Shown here one piece after another: positions 57,807 to 64,000 of a DNA stretch of 64,000 bases (within the stretch, counting starts at the first letter, position 1; every line of letters begins with the position of its first letter). The stretch lies in contig CBDBLO010000002.1 in NCBI GenBank assembly GCA_965207075.1, positions 1,248,001 to 1,312,000 on the forward strand, given 5' to 3'. The translations under genes were made by a program, and so were the position numbers. Source of the DNA: Nitrosopumilus sp. (GTDB taxonomy: Archaea; Thermoproteota; Nitrososphaeria; Nitrososphaerales; Nitrosopumilaceae). The notes below the pieces were generated by a model. It saw only the letters and a list, made by a program, of their open reading frames with translations, did no database searches and was not told the origin of the DNA.

Positions 57807-58411
57807 GCACGCGGTGCGGCGCCTGCATATAATAACAGTCTCGATGTAGCGGCGTCTATGCCGGCGCCTGCATGCTTGCCGTACTGCCCGCATTGTGCGC
57901 GCAAAGCCTCGTGTCTTGCTACGTCGGCCGACTGTACTGATCCCGAGCGCCGGCCTTTTCAAAGGCATACATTCCGACCTTTTGCACATGACACTTGATT
58001 GGCGGGGCAGAGCTCCGAGGGCTGGGCCGGTGGTTTGCAACGTGTTTGTCCTGGGCGCGGTGCGTCCGCGCGCGGCTTGAACCGACGAGGAATCGTTCAA
58101 GGATATGTCCCGCGAGATCACGTTCCGGACATTTGGGATTCTGTACGAGAGCACAATGGCGCAAGGCCCCTACCTGTAATGGGCCGACGCTATGCAACAA
58201 GTTAGGGGTGGCCGCCTCCGCGTCTTTGGCATGAATGCGGCAAACAGCTTGCCTGCATGCAGTATCCGGCGCGTCTGCTCGGCGGATTGCACCTTTTTTT
58301 CTCCCTTCGGCCTGGCGTGTGGGTGACGTTCGCGCCCTCGCTGACGGCCCCCCATCCACCGCTGTAGCTACCCTAGAAAAGCTAAAATTCAAAGCGTACG
58401 TAGAGCAAGCA

Positions 58412-58540
58412 ATGATCTGCGCCGCATGTGAGGCCCGCAAACACTACGAATGCATAGACTGCAAGAACAACCACTCCACATACCTGTGCTCATGCGACTG
58501 CCATGATGAGAACACAAAACCGCACGATACGGTGGAGTGA
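58412..58540 (+). CDS. Cys-rich micro-protein
   Basis: MICAAC..H..C..CSCDCH. Confidence 0.6.
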   Translation: MICAACEARKHYECIDCKNNHSTYLCSCDCHDENTKPHDTVE

Positions 58541-58962
58541 CGCGAACACCCCTCCCCCACACGCGTCCTGATCTAACATCTGCTATCCGTACGGGGTACC
58601 GCAGAAAGGAGACCCGTGCAGGCACCGCATGTATTGCATGAACCCCGTTGACGCACGCATTTGTCCGCTGGCCCCGTACCGTTGCATGGTCGCGTATTCC
58701 TTGGAAACCCGCGCCTGTAGGTCTGCATTTTAAGATTTCAGGCAGGGACCACGTTGCCGCCAGAACGCCTTGTAAAATGCGAGGGTGGTGCAAGGCCGGT
58801 GCCAGGTATCCCGAGGCCGCGTCATGCGCGGCGGTTATATCGCGTACTGCCGTGGCTCTGCAATGCGGACATGCCGTGCCGGCTTGCCTGGGACTCCGCC
58901 CGGGCACGGCACAGGTACGGGCGCGTAACCACGCACGGGGCCCTGCCCGCGCCAGCGCAACG

Positions 58963-61752
58963 CTAGTTTAGAAACTCCGTCGTGTATGACTCGCTTACGT
59001 CAAGCTCAGAGTCGATGATTTTGGAGTCCAGCAGGAGCTCGTACGACTCCGTCCATTTGTCGTGGCTCATCTGTCCGACCTCCATGCCCCCTGGCTTGAT
59101 CAGCGGGATGGAGGCCTGCAGCATCCTTTGCTGGTAGGACTCGGACATGCCGACATCGTCTTCCACATAGAGCAGCGTGTGGCGGACTGACTCGTCGACG
59201 TTTTCCAGTGCGTACTCCCATCCGGCCAGCGTCGCATCGACGAATCCCTGCACCAGATCCGGATTGTTTTGAATCAGATCGTTGCTCGTGAACAGGACGT
59301 CGCCGTAAAAGTTTACCCCGTAATCGGCCGGGCGTATTATGGTAGTCTCGTGTCCGCGATCCTCTGCGATGAGCGGCTGGTCGATCAGGTATGCGGCCAT
59401 GACGTCCAAATCGCCGTCTAGCAGCGGTGATATGTCAAACTCCAAGGGAACAACGGTTATGTCGTTGTCATAGTCTACGTCCTGGCTGGCCAGCATGCTC
59501 CTTATGATGAATTCCGACTCGCTTCCGGGCGCCCCGAACTTCATTCCCACAAAGTCCTTTGGCTCCGTGATCCCGGACTCTTCCAGCGCCATCGCCACAA
59601 GCGGGCTCTGCTGGTATATGACTGCCAAGGCGCGCACGTCCGATCCGTTGGACTGCGCTACCAAGAGCTCGTCGGCGCCCGTAACGCCAAAGTCTGCCGC
59701 GCCGGAAACCACGTCCTCTATGGACGTGCTCTCGAACCCAAACGGCTCTATGGCGACTGTCATGCCGTTGTCCAGATAATACCCGTTCTGGTCGGCCGTG
59801 TAGATGCCGGCAAACTGAGCCGAGTCGGTCCACTTGAGCTTTACTACCACCGTCTCGTCGGCCGAGGCCATGCTGTCGTCAGTAAAATACCCGGCGCCGA
59901 ATATGTAGCCGTCATACATCTTTAGCAGCGCGGATTTTTCCGCGTCCGCGCCGGTCTCCGGGTTGGCTAGCATGTACTTTACCCACGTCGTGGCGCCGTC
60001 ACCGCCTGACAGGTCGGCCATGATCTGATCCCTATCCTTGTCCGGGGCGACCAGGTCAAAGACGTTGGAGCCGACCAGGCTCGGGTCTGCCCCGTGGGCC
60101 ACAAGATCAAAGCTGTCCGAGTCTATGACAAACGTATATGATTCAAAGGCAGACTCCATTGCAGTTATGGCCGCAAACGCGTCATCTGCGCCCTGCAGTT
60201 TGTACAGCTCGACTGAAGTGTCTATCGACCACTTTACGGCCGTGACATCCCCGTGCACGCCCGTAAGGTAGAACCCGGCTCCAAAGATGTACCCGTCGTG
60301 AAGGACGATCCAGGCCTTTTTGGCCTGCTGCATGCCGGTTTCGGGGTTTAGGAACACGTACGACATGTACGCCCCGTGTCCGGATTCCAGTATGTCCATC
60401 ACGGGCCCGTATGCCGCGTTAAACTCGTGCGCTTCCCAGTACAGGACGCCGGTCCTGTCCAGAATCGAGCCGTCTGCTATCTCGAGTCCGATTTCGTCAT
60501 CACTGACAAACGGGTACCATTCCTCCGTCACGTTCAGGGCGGTGATCTTTGGGAATGCGTCCTCGCCGTACTGCGCGTACAGGAAGAGGGCGTTGTCAGT
60601 CGACATCATGGCGTGCACCTTGGGGGCCTGGTACTCGTCTGGGTAGAAGCCGGCTCCAAGGATATAGTCATCCCGGGCTACAACCCAGGAAAGCTTCGTC
60701 TCCTCGGCGCCTGTCTCAAAGTTGTTAAAGGTATAAGCTACCCATGTCCCGCCATTCATCTCAGACTCCAGCAGTATGCGCTCAAGATCCTTGTTGGCGT
60801 CAGTCAGCACCACGGACTTGTCCCCGACGCGGCTCGGGTCTGCCCCGTGCGCAACCACGTTCATCGTAGTGAGGCTGGACGCAAACGGATAGATGTCGCC
60901 GGGCACATAGTCGGCGGCGGCATCGTTTATCATGCCGAACGCGTCAGTGCCGGACTCGTCGTACGCCTCGGCGGCATTGCTGGCAACCCACATGGTCTTC
61001 ATCATCTGCACCTCTAGGCCATCGGGATAAAACCCGCTGCCAAAGATCAGTCCGTCGTGCAGCTCAAGGTATGCCTTTTTGGTCGCATTGTGCGAGGACT
61101 CGGGGTCTATGAACGTGTACATCAGCCAGAGGCTGCCCTCAGATTCCAGCTCGGACCTCAGCTCGTCAAACGTCATTCCGCTGGTTAGGAACGGCTCGGC
61201 GACCATCCCGACCCTTTCGGGTATGAACCCGTGGGCCGCAATGATCATGGTCTCAGAGTCGACCACAAACGGATACGGGTCGCTGACGTCATATGCCGAC
61301 GAACCCGCAGTCATTGCATCCAGGGACGCGTCACCGTCGGACTCGTACGCCGCAATGGCGTCGCGCGTGATCTTGACTACGTCCTCTTTTATTACGGCAA
61401 ACCGGTCTGAGAATACGGTCGTCGAGACCAGCAGGTCGGAGGTTAGCGGGTCGGATTCAGCGGGCGCCTCATCTGCCGGATCGCGCTCCACCACGGCTGC
61501 GATGCCGCGCTCGACGATCATGTCCGCGGATCCCGGTAGTGCGCAAATCGGCGCGCCGTTTGTCCTGAGCAGCAGCACGCGCTCACCCTGGCATGTCACG
61601 TCTTCTGGGTCCACACCCATCTCAACCTGCTTTGCAGGAGGGAGGTAATCGGCGGCGGCGTGTGCCACGGACGAGCTTGAAAATGCCACGCTTAAGATGC
61701 CAACGGCCAGCATGGTTGCAAGAAGCGATATAGTCGTTATTTTCAACGACAC
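58963..61752 (-). CDS. Secreted protein: four single-Cache domains fused to an NMT1/THI5-like substrate-binding domain
   Basis: Four repeats ending in (I/L)(F/L)G(S/A)G(F/Y)(Y/F) with YPFV/AHG motifs; C-terminal LKWTDSAQFAGIY..GYY..YQQSP. Confidence 0.85.
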   Translation of the reverse strand: MSLKITTISLLATMLAVGILSVAFSSSSVAHAAADYLPPAKQVEMGVDPEDVTCQGERVLLLRTNGAPICALPGSADMIVERGIAAVVERDPADEAPAESDPLTSDLLVSTTVFSDRFAVIKEDVVKITRDAIAAYESDGDASLDAMTAGSSAYDVSDPYPFVVDSETMIIAAHGFIPERVGMVAEPFLTSGMTFDELRSELESEGSLWLMYTFIDPESSHNATKKAYLELHDGLIFGSGFYPDGLEVQMMKTMWVASNAAEAYDESGTDAFGMINDAAADYVPGDIYPFASSLTTMNVVAHGADPSRVGDKSVVLTDANKDLERILLESEMNGGTWVAYTFNNFETGAEETKLSWVVARDDYILGAGFYPDEYQAPKVHAMMSTDNALFLYAQYGEDAFPKITALNVTEEWYPFVSDDEIGLEIADGSILDRTGVLYWEAHEFNAAYGPVMDILESGHGAYMSYVFLNPETGMQQAKKAWIVLHDGYIFGAGFYLTGVHGDVTAVKWSIDTSVELYKLQGADDAFAAITAMESAFESYTFVIDSDSFDLVAHGADPSLVGSNVFDLVAPDKDRDQIMADLSGGDGATTWVKYMLANPETGADAEKSALLKMYDGYIFGAGYFTDDSMASADETVVVKLKWTDSAQFAGIYTADQNGYYLDNGMTVAIEPFGFESTSIEDVVSGAADFGVTGADELLVAQSNGSDVRALAVIYQQSPLVAMALEESGITEPKDFVGMKFGAPGSESEFIIRSMLASQDVDYDNDITVVPLEFDISPLLDGDLDVMAAYLIDQPLIAEDRGHETTIIRPADYGVNFYGDVLFTSNDLIQNNPDLVQGFVDATLAGWEYALENVDESVRHTLLYVEDDVGMSESYQQRMLQASIPLIKPGGMEVGQMSHDKWTESYELLLDSKIIDSELDVSESYTTEFLN

Positions 61753-62103
61753 GGTCTTATATGCTATGTATATTAATATTCAGAATTCTGGCTGTTGCTA
61801 ATTCGGGGGCCGACATAATAGTACAAATAACAAACACCATAATAACAGCGCCCGGGCGCATTGATCCGCGTGTGTACAATAATGCAGCTCTGCCGTTTGG
61901 CAGATTCCGAATTCGCGACAGAATGTATGATGGCGCCTGCGCAGTGCGCGCCGCGATGGGGCGACCCCTGGGGTGCTGTGGGCCGAGCGCCCCTGAGGCA
62001 GAATGGGAAAGTCCGAGCTACTGCATGGCTGGGCCGCGCGCCTTGGTGATTCATGCAGCTTCCGTTTCATCAGAAACATCTGCAAGGGAGGTGAGATGAA
62101 AGG

Positions 62104-62440
62104 ATGAGGATAAGCATGGGAATCGACATTGAAAAGAGAGTACGTGATTACTGCATAACAAACGGAAGGGGAGGGGTCTTGGAGCGAGGACAGTGCCTCA
62201 ACACGCAATCGGACGCAAGGCGGTGCGCGCGGCCAACGTGTACTCGTACAGGGTGCTGCTCCGGATGTACGCGCTCAGTCCTGGCGACGCGCAAGACGAC
62301 CTTGTGCTGAGGAAGTACGTCAGAAGGATAAGGCACTGCAGGCGAGATTGTGGAGATTGACAAGCATGGAGGCCGAAGCCGTCCAAAGCGAGGATCCGTA
62401 CATGCGCAAGCTGTCCGGGATACAAAAAAGGCACCGGGGC
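62104..62440 (+). pseudogene. IS110-family transposase remnant
   Basis: MRISMGIDIEKRVRDYCITNGRGGVLERGQCLNT matches the IS110 DEDD N-terminus; frameshifted downstream. Confidence 0.6.
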
Positions 62441-62647
62441 AAGGACTGGCCATTGCGCGTGCACATGTACGGACTGACCCCGGCGTTAGCTGTGAACAGC
62501 ACCCCGCCCAGCCTAGGCGTGAACCGGACGCAAGATTGGAAAAACCGGCAGGCACGTCCCGGTGTTACCATGGGAGTACGGGCAGGGGCTTAACCCGAAC
62601 TTTTATGTCAAGATTCATAAGGCAATAATTCTTCCATTCTCCAAACT

Positions 62648-64000
62648 ATGAAAACGTCTTTGGAATCCATCGGCACCTTGGAGTATGTGCTTGATCGGTA
62701 CTCCAAAGACTGGACGTGGAAGGTCACAGGCGACAGGGCCGTCAGCATGATCTCAAGGCTTGTTCCAAACGCGTGGTATGGCGAAAACGCAAGCGAGGTG
62801 ATCATACCCGATACGGCCGAGAGCGTGCGCCACATCAAGATGATGCTTGACAGATACCCTCTTGTCATACGGTCAAAGTCCGCATGGCAGCGAAAGCTGA
62901 CGCGTACCCTGTCTCCGCGCCCCGTGCTGAAGCCCATCTCGCACAAGCTCAAGCGTGCAAAAGCCGGCCAGCAGTTCAGGGGCAAGCTGCTGAACTTTCA
63001 AAAGGAGGGGCTGGACTTTCTGCTAAAATCATCGGGAAACGCGCTTCTTGCCGACGAGATGGGGCTTGGCAAGACGGTCCAGACGCTGGCATACGCGGCA
63101 ACTGAGAAGCAGTCGTTTCCGGTGCTGGTGGTGGCCCCCCTGGTCACGCTCAACAACTGGGAGGCCGAGATCGCAAAGTTCCTAAAGAGGAAGAGCCGAA
63201 ACGGCCGGATTGTAGACGGCGACTCGCCCTCTGTTGCAATGATAAGGACGGGCAAGCGCGACGCGCTTCCGAGATCCGACATTTACCTGATAAACTACGA
63301 GCTCCTCTACAAGCGGCGCGCCGACCTTGCCGAGACGGGGCTGCGTATGATAGTGTGCGACGAAGTGCACAACCTGCGCTCAAAGACCACCCAGAAATAC
63401 AAGGCAGTCAAGGAGCTTGCGGCGCTCGACTCTGTCAAGTACCGCATAGGGCTCTCCGGCACCCCGATATACAACCACGGCTCGGAGATATGGCCGATCG
63501 TCAACATCATAAAGCCCGGGCTGCTTGGCAGCTTCAAGGAGTTCTGCGAGTACTTCTGCTACGTCGACACGAAGGGAAAGGCGATCGTCCTCGAGAGCAA
63601 GCGGGCCTCGCTCCGAAACGAGCTGCAAAAACACGTCATGCTGCGCCGCAAAAAGTCCGACGTGCTCAAGGAGCTGAAGGACAAGGTGCGGTACAAGGAG
63701 GTGGTGGCGTCAAACTCGGACTACTACTTGGAGGAACTCGACAAGATATGGGCAAAGCTCACGGCCGAGCAGAAGGTCGCAAAGGACGAGTTTGAGCGTT
63801 CGGCCTCATACCAGCGCGCAATCAAGAGCGAGCGGCAGGTTGCAGGCATTGCCAAGCTGTCGCACGTCATAAACTTCGTCAAGAACATCATGGAGATCGA
63901 GGAGAGCGTGGTGGTGTTCTGCCACCACAAGATAATTCACAAGATGCTCAACGACAGCCTCAAAGAGTTCTCGCCGGTCTCCATAATCGGGGGACAGACT
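62648..64000 (+). CDS. SNF2-family helicase (3'-truncated by window)
   Basis: LLADEMGLGKT, VAPL..NW, CDEVH, LSGTPIYN, MLRRKKSDV. Confidence 0.93.
   Translation, partial: MKTSLESIGTLEYVLDRYSKDWTWKVTGDRAVSMISRLVPNAWYGENASEVIIPDTAESVRHIKMMLDRYPLVIRSKSAWQRKLTRTLSPRPVLKPISHKLKRAKAGQQFRGKLLNFQKEGLDFLLKSSGNALLADEMGLGKTVQTLAYAATEKQSFPVLVVAPLVTLNNWEAEIAKFLKRKSRNGRIVDGDSPSVAMIRTGKRDALPRSDIYLINYELLYKRRADLAETGLRMIVCDEVHNLRSKTTQKYKAVKELAALDSVKYRIGLSGTPIYNHGSEIWPIVNIIKPGLLGSFKEFCEYFCYVDTKGKAIVLESKRASLRNELQKHVMLRRKKSDVLKELKDKVRYKEVVASNSDYYLEELDKIWAKLTAEQKVAKDEFERSASYQRAIKSERQVAGIAKLSHVINFVKNIMEIEESVVVFCHHKIIHKMLNDSLKEFSPVSIIGGQT

Noticed and set aside
61753-62000. TPP riboswitch upstream of the NMT1-containing gene
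   Set aside because: No CTGAGA/CCTGA core motifs on the coding strand

Overview
This window comes from a high-GC archaeon of the Nitrososphaerota (Thaumarchaeota), probably a Nitrosopumilaceae/Cenarchaeum-like lineage, judged from its gene families. Positions ~30.9-64 kb are ordinary host chromosome: argS, lig, endA, fbp, tuf-rps10, rpo12, dppBC and a SNF2 helicase, plus two IS relics and an unusual 4xCache-NMT1 protein. Positions 1 to ~30.6 kb look like the right part of a large integrated mobile element; its left end and any integrase lie outside the window. The element mixes three gene sets. (i) A transfer-like apparatus: a VirB4-type ATPase translationally coupled to type IV pilin/ArlFG-like genes, a PrgI/VirB3-like protein, a T4P/ArlI-type ATPase, a 1252-aa surface protein and a membrane-anchored thermonuclease. 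(ii) Virus-like autonomy genes: class II RNR, dTMP kinase, an initiator-like tRNA-Met, an orphan DNA methyltransferase, an Hjc resolvase, an ASCH protein and ~15 Cys-rich micro-proteins. (iii) A divergent TFB of its own, with many element promoters carrying a GC-rich motif where host promoters have an A-rich BRE. A ~0.9 kb non-coding region with six stem-loops and an ACGCGCGCG array is a candidate origin. All family calls come from motif recognition by eye; no database search was run.
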